Translations under genes and position numbers: made by a program | Notes under the pieces: generated by a model | Told to the model about the DNA's origin: nothing | What the model saw: only the letters and a program-made list of their open reading frames with translations | The model's database searches: none | Assembly: GCF_001194135.2 (NCBI RefSeq) | Contig: NC_068981.1 | Coordinates: 19,145,150-19,209,149 of the forward strand | Reading direction: 5' to 3' | Source of the DNA: Octopus bimaculoides | Taxonomy: Eukaryota | Length of the DNA: 64,000 bases | Part shown: positions 12,480 to 24,614 of the stretch, piece by piece | Numbering within the stretch: the stretch's first letter is position 1 | Layout of the letters: every line of letters starts with the position of its first letter

Positions 12480-13052
12480 ATGATAGTAGTGGTGATGGTG
12501 TGGTGGTGGTGGTGGTGGTGGTGTTAACGCAAAGAATGTTTTTTGATGAGATCGGAAGAGCGNNNNNNNNNNNNNNNNNNNNNNNNNNNNNNNNNNNNNN
12601 NNNNNNNNNNNNNNNNNNNNNNNNNNNNNNNNNNNNNNNNNNNNNNNNNNNNNNNNNNNNNNNNNNNNNNNNNNNNNNNNNNNNNNNNNNNNNNNNNNNN
12701 NNNNNNNNNNNNNNNNNNNNNNNNNNNNNNNNNNNNNNNNNNNNNNNNNNNNNNNNNNNNNNNNNNNNNNNNNNNNNNNNNNNNNNNNNNNNNNNNNNNN
12801 NNNNNNNNNNNNNNNNNNNNNNNNNNNNNNNNNNNNNNNNNNNNNNNNNNNNNNNNNNNNNNNNNNNNNNNNNNNNNNNNNNNNNNNNNNNNNNNNNNNT
12901 GATAGTGATGGTGGTGGTGGTGGTGATGGTGACAGTGGTGGTGATGGTGGTGGTGGTGGTGGTGGTGATGGTGGTGATGGTGATAGTGATGGTGGTGGTG
13001 GTGGTGATGGTGACAGTGGTGGTGATGGTGGTGGTGGTGGTGGTGGTGGTGT
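12480..13052. repeat. (GGT/GAT)n compound trinucleotide array spanning an N gap
   Basis: Direct reading; ~80-bp higher-order duplication within 12900-13050. Confidence 0.9.
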
Positions 13053-13630
13053 TGCCAGTTGACGAAATAGTGTTACTTGGTAAAGCGACTTCATTAGTCG
13101 ACTGCAGCTGTCTTTGCTAGTTCGCTTGAATCATATTTGTTTATGGTGTTGATGTTATTGGTGTTGTTATTGTTGTTGCTGCTGTTAACTTTGGTACTGT
13201 CAGTGACATTGGTAATACTTTTATTTGTGCTGACGGAGTAGGCGGTTGTTTTAGAATTATTGAGCAGTAGAAAATATTTCTTTATTGCGACAAAGGCAAG
13301 AAGTGTAATAACAATAATAAAATATACAGAAAGAAATATTATTTCTTGGTCTTGGTGAGTGACATCTTCATAGAACGATATTGCTTTAACGATGTAATAC
13401 ATAAGTGATAGTAGAAAGTCTTCTCTTGGTTATAAAATATCAGCCAGGGTGAACACTTATAAACAAGTATTAAATATGTTAACACAAACTGAACTTTTTG
13501 TTTTTATGCGGATAGCATCTCTGAACTATTTATTGTCTAAGCAATTATGCTCCTGGGTCAAGCAATATGCAGTCCCGTACGTCTATTTTGTGATTTGTTC
13601 GTCATTACTGCGGTAAGTATGGTGAAATCT

Positions 13631-13709
13631 ATATTTCGCTGATGAGGTTATAATAAAGTAGAAACAACTTTGGAGTTGTTTCCCCTACTTATCGAAACTA
13701 TAAAAATAT
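13631..13709 (+). ncRNA. Candidate type I hammerhead ribozyme with extended stem II, partly degenerate
   Basis: CTGATGA 13639-45 and GAAAC 13694-98; stem II GGT/ATC + AAGTAG/CTACTT + AAACAACT-ttgg-AGTTGTTT; imperfect stem I atattt/aaaatat. Confidence 0.5.
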
Positions 13710-14339
13710 CAGCATTTGTTTAACCTTTTGTGCAGAATTATTTCTGGTTAACTTTTCTTAATGCTCCCAGAATTTAATGTGTTAATACTCATTAACCATT
13801 GGATGGGTCGTACGTGCATGAATATGACATCACTTCACAGAGGAGAATATTTTGCAAAGTTATAGTTTCGAATTCTTCTTTCTTCATTTTGAGCCATGAG
13901 ATCAACGAACAACTGATGACTTAGCAGAATTGTTACAACGTCGAATAGAATGCCTCACATTATTTATTTCCATGTTCTGTGCTCTTAGTTCAAAGCCCGC
14001 CAAGATCAAATTTACCGTTCGTTCACTCGTGGTCGATAACAAAGTACCAATCCAGAGTGATGGATTGGCAGAACTGTAAGAAAGCTGGACATGTTGTCTT
14101 GCAGTGTTTGTTCTGACACTTTTCATTCTGAGTTCAAATGCTGCCACGGCCTACATGCGTAGAGGACTCGATCCATCATCCAAATTAACATCACTTCCTG
14201 ACACCTTAGATGCCTTTAGTAGAGTCCACACAGTTGCAAGCTTTCCAGCTCTAGCTCGAAAGCTTGCAACAGTCACACCTGCGACAGGACTTCTGAGCAT
14301 AAATATCAAGAACAAACATCACAAAGTACTTTGCATAAT

Positions 14340-14520
14340 TCACTAATGATTCTACCAATCCACTACTTTGAACTAGAACATGATTTTATTAACATTGGAA
14401 GGATGAATGGCAACTGATAGCCTCAGTGGGATTTGAATCTAGTACTTAAGCAACTGGAACAAATACCACAAGTCATTTTAACTGATGCTTTTAACGATTC
14501 AAATAATTCACTACCTTAAT
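14340..14520 (-). mobile_element. Old SINE family C copy
   Basis: Diverged match (ggaaggatgaatggcaactgatagcctcagtgggatttgaa) to the reverse complement of 24615-24810. Confidence 0.6.
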
Positions 14521-14924
14521 TTTTGAATTATTTGTGTTTTAATAGTTATACAGTTGTAGATCAAAACCTCTGTCAATATTTCTTAATTGAGCTATTGCTT
14601 ACTTTTAATAGGTTTTTATTATGGAAATGATATAATAAATAATATATTTCTAAGACTTAATGCAGTTTTATCTAATGAATTGCTAGCGTGTTACATCATT
14701 TTAATTGCAGGGAGGTTTAGCAACCGTTTGATAAAACGTCTAATTACTATCATATGAATATGAATAATTATTTATATGAATATTAATGTTACTAGTTTGT
14801 TTGCTATTTCAAATAATTGTGAAAGCTTTGGGGGTTGGAAATCTTATTGATAGATAATCATGGACAAATAAACAATTATCCACAGTAACAGGGTTCCTTA
14901 GATTTAATCAAAACTGTTTACACT

Positions 14925-14987
14925 CACAAACACGCACACTGACACACATATACGAACACATACGTACGCATACGCATGCACACACAC

Positions 14988-15049
<62 letters not shown>

Positions 15050-15060
15050 AAATGCACACA
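14925..15060. repeat. (CA)n microsatellite
   Basis: Direct reading. Confidence 0.95.
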
Positions 15061-16009
15061 TATCTTTCTAATTCACTATTACCCCTCTCTAACATTTTGA
15101 ATATTTATCGATCTTCGTGTATATAAATATATACATGAGTAGGTGAACAAACGAAAAGAGACAACACACAACACATCTAGTTGGAATATTAAGTGATTAA
15201 TGACACGTTCACTCAGCTCCATATTACTTAAAGATTAGTAGACGCAGTAGACGCCCACATCCACGTATATGTACACATGAATTGAAGAGAATTTTAAAAT
15301 ATTTTGAAATAGCATCTAGATAGGAAGATTTGGAGAGTCCGTTGATCATTTTCAAGTCACATGGCTACTTTGGATAAGCAACGACAACAGTCGCTGTCAT
15401 TATATATGCTCCAGGTGGTCGAGCAGACAGTATGTGGGCGTCCGGTAATCGGTGTTCTGTGGGATTTCACATGTTAGCAACAACAATTACTGGTGGAGCC
15501 TGTGGCCAGATAACTTGTTTGGTGTTGTTAAGTTATATATCGGGATGTCAAGTATGTCTACTTGGTGTAATTATAGCCGGGTGATAGTTGACCATGATGA
15601 TAGTAAGCGGAAGGGAAAATAATCTCACTGTAGTCAAACAAGACATATATGCCCTGCTTATATATACCCTATGTAGGCTAAACAGAGTTATGGAAGTATA
15701 TTGAGGTTATCAGCCTATGGCTTGAAGTTCACAAAGAGGGTGTATCTATGCTAAGGACAATAGAAACGGTCAGTTTTTTCCTGTTGATGAATACAGCAGA
15801 CAACTGTAATATAATCAGCTTCTCAAGGAAGCAGAGCTTGTAATTATGAACTCGAGGTGACTGAGGAGGGATCTTATCAAGGATACTTTATCTGATATTG
15901 CAGGAGTAGTTTCTTTGTTTTCGAAGTTCCCAGAAGAAAAACAGTGAAGTAAACGTTTTTTTTTCTTTTCCTTGTCTTTGAAAGACTGTATTTATAATTT
16001 TAAATTAGC

Positions 16010-16320
16010 ATTCCGTCGGTTACAACGACGAGGGTTCCAGTTGATCCTATCAATGAAACAACCTGTTCATAGAATTAACGTGAAAGTTGCTGAGTACTCA
16101 ACAGAACATAATTCTCAAGGACATTTAGCGTGACGCAGAAAGCGACAAGACTGGCACTTTGAAATACAAGTATCGCTCATTTTTGTCAGATGAATGGACT
16201 GGAGCAACGTAAAATAAAGCGTATTGCTCAAGGACACAACGAACCACCCTGTATCGAACGCACGACGTTACGATCGCAAGTCGAATACTCTAACCACTTA
16301 GTCACAGGTTTTCACATGTG
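16010..16320 (-). mobile_element. tRNA-derived SINE, head/core B with tail 2 (family D)
   Basis: Homologous to 38235-38535(-), 53161-53460(+), 18940-19086(-), 63602-63775(-). Confidence 0.8.
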
Positions 16321-16815
16321 TAGTATCAATAGTCCCTCGAAAAACATTAGCTGTTATACACGAGTAATATCTCGTGATGCTATCGAATGGTGAAAGAGTG
16401 ATCTTCTAGACTACTACATTTGAGAAGCAGCATTCTTCGAATGAGCAGTTAGCAGGATTTCACTATTAAACGGTTATGGTGTGGGATGAATACTGAGTGG
16501 GGTGAATGTCTGCTTCTGTTGTAGTGTGCAATACTGAAAGCAATATCATCTAGGCATGAGTAGCTAATCTTGACATTATTGGCAATTAAAAATTGAATAT
16601 ATCTAGGGATTCTTAGGAAATGCTGTCTAATTAGCGTCAGAAATCTTGTGATTACATCAGTAGAAACAGCTAAACTTCATGGAGTATTATACGAATAAAA
16701 AACAGGCATACAGTCACACACACACATACATACATGCATACATACAAATGTAGGTATGTATGTGTATACTACATATATATGTATATGTATATATATACAT
16801 ACATATATATATATA

Positions 16816-16849
<34 letters not shown>

Positions 16850-17217
16850 NNNNNNNNNNNNNNNNNNNNNNNNNNNNNNNNNNNNNNNNNNNNNNNNNNN
16901 NNNNNNNNNNNNNNNNNNNNNNNNNNNNNNNNNNNNNNNNNNNNNNNNNNNNNNNNNNNNNNNNNNNNNNNNNNNNNNNNNNNNNNNNNNNNNNNNNNNN
17001 NNNNNNNNNNNNNNNNNNNNNNNNNNNNNNNNNNNNNNNNNNNNNNNNNNNNNNNNNNNNNNNNNNNNNNNNNNNNNNNNNNNNNNNNNNNNNNNNNNNN
17101 NNNNNNNNNNNNNNNNNNNNNNNNNNNNNNNNNNNNNNNNNNNNNNNNNNNNNNNNNNNNNNNNNNNNNNNNNNNNNNNNNNNNNNNNNNNNNNNNNNNN
17201 NNNNNNNNNNNNNNNNN

Positions 17218-17269
<52 letters not shown>

Positions 17270-17270
<1 letters not shown>

Positions 17271-17560
17271 AGGTTGCCAAAACGCAGACCAATCTGGAAA
17301 AGAAGGAGTTGGAAACTGAAGAAACCTTCACATGGTCAGAGATTTAGGGATATCCTTATCGAGACATTTGATGATAGGGAGGAGGAGCTACAGTCCTATG
17401 ACATAGAAGGCAGCCGGGAATTCCTACGAGACAGCTTGCTGAGTGCTACAGACCAAATCTGTGGCTGGTGCAATGTCCCTTCCAGACCTATGATAACATG
17501 GTGTTGGAACAATATTTTCATCAGGGGGCGTATGATTATTAAGAGGAAGTCGGAGATCTG
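17270..17560 (+). mobile_element. RTE-clade LINE ORF2 fragment (EN-RT linker)
   Basis: KRRSWKLKKP...FLRDSLLSATDQICGWCNVPSRPMITWCWNN (TWWWN-like motif). Confidence 0.7.
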
Positions 17561-17745
17561 GTAGTTGTTGGCAACATTGGCTTCGCAGACCAGTCTCGTC
17601 GGTGGTCCTGTCACTAGGCCGGTGAACATATTATGGTCCTTGCGCAGTTCGTACAGTTCCGGGATGTCGTTGTTGGTGGCCTGGAAGTTGTTGACCGTGC
17701 GCTTCTTTGCCCCTAGCATGTTTGACCACATCATCATATATATGC
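17545..17745 (-). mobile_element. PLE reverse transcriptase N-terminal fragment
   Basis: IPELYELRKDHNMFTGLVTGPPTRLVCEAN resembles the PLE P-LYGLPK-HK...P-RP motif. Confidence 0.6.
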
Positions 17746-17754
17746 GGGAGTGCC

Positions 17755-18135
17755 ATGATAGTAGTAGGGTGTTAAATGGTCAAGTGCTCTGAAAGTGACT
17801 TGTTGTGGATGGTAGTAGTGATTGAATTCTTGAGACAACTCTTTTGAATGTATTGCTTATAATATTTGCGTAGGTGTTATTCTAAACAGCAATAGTAGTA
17901 AAGTAAGGAAGGACGTGGCGGAGAGGAAGAAGACGAAGAAGAAGAACGGGAAAGAGAAGGGAGAATAATAAAGGAATGTTGGTGATATGATAGTAGTAGG
18001 ATGTTCAATGGTCAAGTGACCTAAATGTGGCTCGTTGTGGATTATAGCAGTGATTGGGACTGTTTTATATTGAATTCTTGTGTATCTCTTGAATGTACCC
18101 TTTTTAATATTCGCGTGTGCGTTTGTGTTATTCTA
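17755..18135. repeat. Diverged ~130-bp direct duplication
   Basis: atagtagtagggtgttaaatggtcaagtg...ttgtggat...gaattcttg...aatattcgcgt...gtgttattctaa at ~17758-17885 and ~17990-18135. Confidence 0.7.
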
Positions 18136-18174
18136 AGGCCGTGGTGGATATGTCATTTGTTGTAGATGCATTCA

Positions 18175-18565
18175 AAAGGGGTTTGTATTTTGTAATAAAG
18201 AGAGTCTCATTACTAATTCATTGGCTACAGGTTGTATCGTCCCTGAATTGGTAGGTGGGGGGGGGAATTCTGAAGCTTAGATTTTTGTTATTGGCGCAAA
18301 TGTCGATGTGTTGGCTGAATGCTATTTTTCTGTTTTGGGGAATTTTGACCTGGGATCTGTGCAGAACCATCCTTTGATGTAGAGTTTTTTGTTTGGCCTA
18401 CGTATTGCTCTTGACACCCAGAGCAGGTTGGTGCGTATATCAGGTTCTCCGAAGCACATCTGAAGCTGCTTTTCACTGTGAAACGTTGTCCTGTTTGAAG
18501 GAGAACTCTGATCCCTCAATTAAATTGACGCATATCCCACAGTTGGGTATTCCGCATTTTTTTAC
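18175..18565 (-). mobile_element. PLE GIY-YIG endonuclease fragment, second copy
   Basis: ORF 18288-18476 KSSFRCASENLIYAPTCSGCQEQYVGQTKNS; high similarity to 2498-2886. Confidence 0.85.
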
Positions 18566-18628
18566 ACGGAGTGGGATTGAACCCAGAACCAAGGGGTTGT
18601 GAAGCAACCTTCTTACCACAGCCACACC
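18566..18628 (-). mobile_element. Isolated tRNA-like head of SINE family A
   Basis: Reverse complement aggtgtggctgtggtaagaaggttgcttcacaaccccttggttctgggttcaatcccactccgt with A/B boxes. Confidence 0.75.
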
Positions 18629-18629
18629 T

Positions 18630-18651
18630 ACACCTATATATAAATATATAT

Positions 18652-18717
<66 letters not shown>

Positions 18718-18877
18718 ATATATACATATATATACACATATATACATACATATATATACATATATATATACATATATATACACATATATATATATCCATA
18801 TATATACATATCCATATACATACATATCCATATATATACATATCGATATATATACATATATATATATGCATATTTCT

Positions 18878-18912
<35 letters not shown>
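18630..18912. repeat. (TA)n/(TACA)n compound microsatellite
   Basis: Direct reading. Confidence 0.95.
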
Positions 18913-18913
<1 letters not shown>

Positions 18914-18939
18914 TGTTGTTGTTGTTGTTGTTGTTTGCA

Positions 18940-19086
18940 CTCCATCGCTTATGACGTCAAGGGTTCCAGTTGATCTGATCAACGGAACAGCCTGCTCATG
19001 AAATTAACGTGCAAGTGGCTGAGCACTCCACAGACACGTGTACCCTTAACGTAGTTCTCGGGGATATTCAGCGTGACACAGTGTGA
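18940..19086 (-). mobile_element. SINE family D tail running into an N gap
   Basis: gggttccagttgatctgatcaacggaacagcctgctcatgaaattaacgtgcaagtggctgagcactcc. Confidence 0.85.
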
Positions 19087-19348
19087 NNNNNNNNNNNNNN
19101 NNNNNNNNNNNNNNNNNNNNNNNNNNNNNNNNNNNNNNNNNNNNNNNNNNNNNNNNNNNNNNNNNNNNNNNNNNNNNNNNNNNNNNNNNNNNNNNNNNNN
19201 NNNNNNNNNNNNNNNNNNNNNNNNNNNNNNNNNNNNNNNNNNNNNNNNNNNNNNNNNNNNNNNNNNNNNNNNNNNNNNNNNNNNNNNNNNNNNNNNNNNN
19301 NNNNNNNNNNNNNNNNNNNNNNNNNNNNNNNNNNNNNNNNNNNNNNNN

Positions 19349-19385
<37 letters not shown>

Positions 19386-19431
19386 CACACACGCACACAC
19401 ATATATATATATGTACATGTATGAATGGATG

Positions 19432-19467
<36 letters not shown>

Positions 19468-19944
19468 TTATGTATATATATATATATGCATGTATGTATG
19501 GGTTTTGAGTTCGACCATAATTAATGTATCACTGCAAGTGTATACTTATAACAGGTTTGAAAGCAGGTGACTACTTAACTCTGATTTTGTTTTAGAATTT
19601 TTATGGCAAATGCAGAACGTGAATTTGTCAAGAATCACACCAACAGCACCTCCATCCTTGTCCATTTATCCAAAACAGATTTTCAGGTTGACAGTAAATG
19701 AGTTCACTGTTGGAGCAGCAAAATTATGGTGAGGCTGTTGCAGTGGTTGTCATTTAAGCAGCCATTGTTAGACAGCACTGATAAGATTTTCTTTGAATTT
19801 TCTGTCATTTATAACTTCAACAGTCTTTATATTCATTGTTTGGTGGAAAAGTCTATTTTTGCCAAACTGCAGACTGTTCTTCCTATTTATTGACCACCAT
19901 TCTCTTCTTTTTGGTGCAAGATGTTTTGAAGTAAAAGTGATGTA

Positions 19945-20160
19945 CAAGGGAGTGCTGAAAGTTCCTGCTTTTAAGGGTATCGTAAAACACCTGACTAGAG
20001 GTCCAGATTTCAGAGTACTTTTACAAGGCTTCGAAAAACTGAAGGACCACTACAATAAATGCGTGAATCTAAGAGGGAAATAGGTGGAATAAAATCATAG
20101 TTAACTGATCCTCCTGTATTTTCTTTTACCCAAAGTCAGGATCTATTTGACACCCTCTTG
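19945..20160 (+). mobile_element. Internally deleted mariner derivative (MITE-sized)
   Basis: Imperfect TIRs caagggagtgctgaaagttcctg / caggatctatttgacaccctcttg, TA at 19943-44; keeps transposase C-terminus GFEKLKDHYNKCVNLRGK*VE*. Confidence 0.7.
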
Positions 20161-20169
20161 AACAAGGAT

Positions 20170-20935
20170 TTACGGTTGTTTATTTTATCATGTTACCACT
20201 TTTTTAATGATGGAACTCCTTTCTTAGTTTGTGCTAAATACACTGAAAGCATGAACTCATGATACTGGAAGCTGGATGGTATTTCTTCCACCTACATATT
20301 TTTTCTTTATAGAAATTAATATTTTTCTTATTGATAGACAAAATGTATACAAATGATTTTATATATCTCAATTATATTGACTTATTTTTGGATCCTTTCT
20401 GCTCTTGTGAACACAGTTTTTCTTTCATCAGAAAGTTATACAATGCATCTTCTATGATGCTTGTTAGCAATTTCCAAAGCAATGGTAAGCATATAATACA
20501 CCTATAATTATTATCCTCCTTCTCTTTTCTTTATCCTTCTGTATTAGCACTGTCTTTCTTTTAGTCAGCCATATTAGTGTTCTATTCTCTACACAGTCAG
20601 TAAGAAATAGTTGTATACAACTGTGCATGTCTGTGAGATATCTAAACAAGAATTCCCATGAACACCAGTGAATGCAGAAGCTTCCAGTTTGTTATCTTTT
20701 TAAGCATCTTTTTCACTTTCACATCTTTAATATTCATATTCTCTTGTCTTCACATATTTTCAATTTCACATTTAAATTCCTGTAACCAGCCATCTTACAT
20801 TGTTGCATTGATACTCCTTGCTCCAAATATTAGACCAAAAAATTCTTACTGCTTCAATATTTGCTGTCATCCTCCTTATGCTCATTGTTCAGCTGTTCAT
20901 AGAATTTTGTCTCATTCTTTGTGAAGAGCCAGCGC
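20170..20935 (-). mobile_element. Degraded R4/Dong-like non-LTR retrotransposon RT fragment
   Basis: FWSNIW, KKMLKKITNWKAS, LTDMHSCIQ, WLTKRKTVLIQKDKEK, NYRCIICLPLLWKLLT, EQKGS motifs in order. Confidence 0.75.
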
Positions 20936-21084
20936 TTCCTGTACTAATTGACTGGTATCTAGTTTTTACCTGACTTTGATTTAATCTTTTTCTTTTTTGC
21001 TATTTTTTAATAATTTGTTATTCGAACTTTGTAGTGTCAGAGTAGATAGATTACATTGACAGCAAGAAAACAACTGAATTAACA

Positions 21085-21980
21085 ACATATTGGAAAGACT
21101 GTGCTGGTATGGTCATGTGGCAAGAATGGATGAGGGTGGCTGTGTGAAAAAGTGCCACACCCTAGTGGTTGAGGGAACTTGTGGAAGAGGTAGACCCAGG
21201 AAGACCTGGGATGAGGTGGTGAAGCACGACCTTCGAACATTAGGCCTCACTGAGGCAATGGCTAGTGACCGAAACCTTTGGAAATATGTTGTGCTTGAGA
21301 AGACCTGGCAAGCCAAGTGAGACCATAACCCATGGCCCGTGCCAGGGGTGTAGCCAGCCCACTTATGCGTACCTTTCTTTCATTGGACACTAAACTCTGC
21401 TTGTGAAGACCTGTTGAGGCAAGTGAAATAAAAATCGAAATCAAATTCGATGTCTGGCATCCATGCTAGTGGAGTGCTATGAGTACTATCCGAGCACGAT
21501 TGTTGCTAGAGCAACCGACTGGCTTCCATGCCAGTGGCATGTAAAAAGTGCCATTTGAGTGTGATTGTTGCCAGTGTCACCTTACTGGCACTTGTGGCGG
21601 TGGCACATGAAAAATATTTGAGCGAGGTTGTTGCCAGTGCTGCTGGACTAGTTCCTGTGCAAGTAGCACGTAAAAAACACCATTTGAGTATGGCCGTTGC
21701 CAGTACCACCTGACTGGCCCTCATGCCGGTGGCATGTAAAAGCACCCACTACAATCTTGGAGTGGTTGGCGTTAGGAATGGCATCCAGCTGTAGAAACTC
21801 TGCCAGATCAGAGTGGAGCCTGGTGCAACCATCTGGTTCACCAGTCCTCAGTCAAATTGTCCAAACCGTGCTAGCATGGAAAGTGGACATTAAATGATGA
21901 TGATGATGAGGATGATGATGATGATGAGGATGATGATGATGATGAGGATGATGATGATGATGAGGATGATGATGATGATG
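21085..21980 (+). mobile_element. 3' end of RTE-clade LINE: ORF2 C-terminus, modular 3' UTR and (GAT)n tail
   Basis: ORF 21090-21320 RLCWYGHVARMDE...GRGRPRKTWDEVVKHDL...DRNLWK; UTR with four ~65-bp modules; GAT-repeat tail 21895-21980. Confidence 0.9.
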
Positions 21981-22229
21981 GAAAGAATGAAAGAAAAACA
22001 TTTAAAAGTCAAAAAGGTCAAATTATAGAGAAAAATAGCCCATAATTACCTCACCAAGGAAACAAAGAAAAACAGAGGGATTAAGCAGCAGAAGATGGGA
22101 GCGAGAGAGTAAGTGATTATACACCCCAGAATAAATGGTGTGTTTAGCCATGCCTTGTGGATATGACTGCAAATGTGTTGCTGCAGAGAATGGCTGATAA
22201 TACATGCAGCTGCAGCTATCCTACCTCAT

Positions 22230-22560
22230 GGGGCTTATTTCGCAGACAGGCCACATTTATTCTGATTTTGCAGAGGAAATCAGCAGCATGGGATTCAAGA
22301 ACAAGCTGAAGTCACAAATGGTGACTGCGCAAATTGATAGCAGTTTTTTCTCGTATGCATTATGGATGGCAACATCCAAGTTTGTGGTTGATACAGCAAT
22401 GTTGGAACCGGAGAATGTTTCACAGCACATTGAAACCCAGATTAGGGATCTGCCTCTCTCATATGGGAAGAGGTATGGCACCCATCCCCGCGGCAAAGAC
22501 TTATTCGCTTCAGTTGTGACGGGAAGCCAGCTGCATCATGGTCCAATATAATTATGTCAT
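22230..22560 (+). mobile_element. Possible degraded Tx1/L1-clade LINE ORF2 C-terminal fragment
   Basis: Weak motifs spread over frames (QAEVTN; WQHPSLWLIQQCWNRRMFHSTLKPRL). Confidence 0.35.
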
Positions 22561-24229
22561 TGAAAGCAGTGTGTCGAGAGACCCAACCCATGCTATGGCT
22601 ACAAAATGATCTTCCTATTCTTAATTCAGCATGCTTCAAAATCTTTTCTACTTCATTGTAATATTCTTGTCTGAAGGAATAGCTAGTTATGAAGCATTGT
22701 CTCTTTCTTTTAAATTATTTGTAATGATATCTGGCGCCAGTGAAAATCGTTCTCTCCTAATGTCAAAACCTTGAGGGTTTACTAAATTCATTACTTTTCT
22801 CCTACATGATTATTCCACTTATCTGATGTGTTGTATCTCTGTCACAACAAATAAATCATTACCATTAATATCTTTGATGGTGAGAGGTTTGACAAAAATA
22901 CTAGTGTCACGATACATAAATGTCTTATATTTTACAGCTATCTCCTCTTGTTTTTTCACTCTAAATGAAGAATCTGCCATGGTCAAGCATGCTTTTCATC
23001 ACTCTGGATCAATAAAATAAGTACCCATGATACATAAAGCCTAATTTTATCCATCTATCTTCTTGCCCAGATATGATACCTGGTCAAAAGTAACCCTAAT
23101 TGTTACGGATTTAAATAACATTAATGCTGATGTTTTGTTAGAATACCAAATACAGCGGTATTCCCCTTGGGAGGTCTTCTTATATAAGCACAGGGTACAT
23201 AAAAGCATGGACATCTATCATAGTAGATGAGAATCTTTCTGTTATGGAAACCAGAACTGCCAGATCATGTGATTTCAGTCTACTGAATTTCCTCAGTGGC
23301 AGGCATCTGGTGACCATATACCAACCAAATGTCACTGCCATAACATATAGACATTGCAAATAACCAGCAGACTTATTTTTAAAAAAAACTAACATTAGTG
23401 ATAGAATCAGTATTAATATCAAAAGACAATCTTTATATTGAACTTAACATGGCTGGCTTGTTAGAATGCCAAATTCTGTAGTATTAGCCTTGAGTACTCC
23501 TCATATAGACACAGTTGGAATGTAATATGTTATTTGAGAGCATACTATTAGCTATAATTAGGTTTCTCGTGGTTGCAGCAATATTAAAGTGTGGCTTAAT
23601 AAACGCCTTATGTTCAGGTCTTACTACAAGAAATTGAGACATTCTTTTTGGCAAAGACTATAATTCTGCTTGCTGTTGTTTGCTAGATTGAAACACCTAA
23701 ACAAGAACTTTCTCTTGTTTTTTTTTTTTTACTTTACAAAAGAATGGGTCAATGAGAAAGGGAGAAACACTGACTCTGTTTTTCCGCCACCTGCAAGTAA
23801 TACCAGTCAATTTTCTCTCAAACTGCATGCTATTATCTTGAAACACATAAAGGCAGTGAGCGAGTGGGAATCCTCAAAAGGTTGGACAAAATGCTCATCA
23901 CCATTTCTCCTAGTACTTTACATTTGAAGTTCAAATTCCATCCTTTCAGGGCTTGATAAGATAAAGTAACAGTTGGACAATGGCATCGATTTAATCGTCT
24001 AATACCTACCCTAAAAACTGCTGGCTTGGTGCCAAAATTAGAAAAGGATTAGAAACCATTATCTTGGAACACATTGTATACTGTGTGATTACATTTTACA
24101 TGTGTCTATCAAGGAATACATCATCATCATCATTGCCATCATCATAGCCATATGCAACACTCCGTCCCTTTTCCAACTTCCTCATCATCATCATCACCAA
24201 CACCACCACCACTACCACCACGTGAAATG

Positions 24230-24537
24230 ACATTCGAGAGAGGTCGTTGCCAGTGCCGCTGGACTGGCTCCTGTGCAGGTGGCACATAAAATACACCATT
24301 TTGAGCGTGGCCGTTGCCAGTACAACCTGACTGACCTTCGTGCCGGTGGCACGTAAAAGCACCTACTACACTTTCAGAGTGGTTGGCATTAAGAAGGGCA
24401 TCCAGCTGTAGAAACTCTGCCAAATTAGACTGGAGCCTGGTGTTGCCATCCGGTTTCACCAGTCCTCAGTCAAATCGTCCAACCCATGCTAGCATGGAAA
24501 GCAGACGCTAAACGATGATGATGATGATGATGATGAC
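24230..24537 (+). mobile_element. RTE 3' UTR/tail-only copy
   Basis: Matches 21620-21900; ends gcagacgctaaac(gat)n. Confidence 0.85.
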
Positions 24538-24614
24538 ATGTGTACATATCAAGAATCTTGCATATCTTAAATGAGTTTTAAAAAAAGTAGAAAAACACCA
24601 TGAGTGGCAGTTAA

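Noticed and set aside
13094-13402. 102-aa minus-strand ORF with hydrophobic stretch and Asn-rich tail
   Set aside because: Low complexity, adjoins a trinucleotide array, no recognisable domain or convincing splice signals.
15300-15620. Possible PLE RT remnant on the minus strand (SHRTPITGRP-like motif)
   Set aside because: A single weak motif; too degraded to support a call.
22204-22551. 115-aa ORF as a host exon
   Set aside because: No polypyrimidine tract, and weak LINE-like motifs lie across frames; more likely TE debris.
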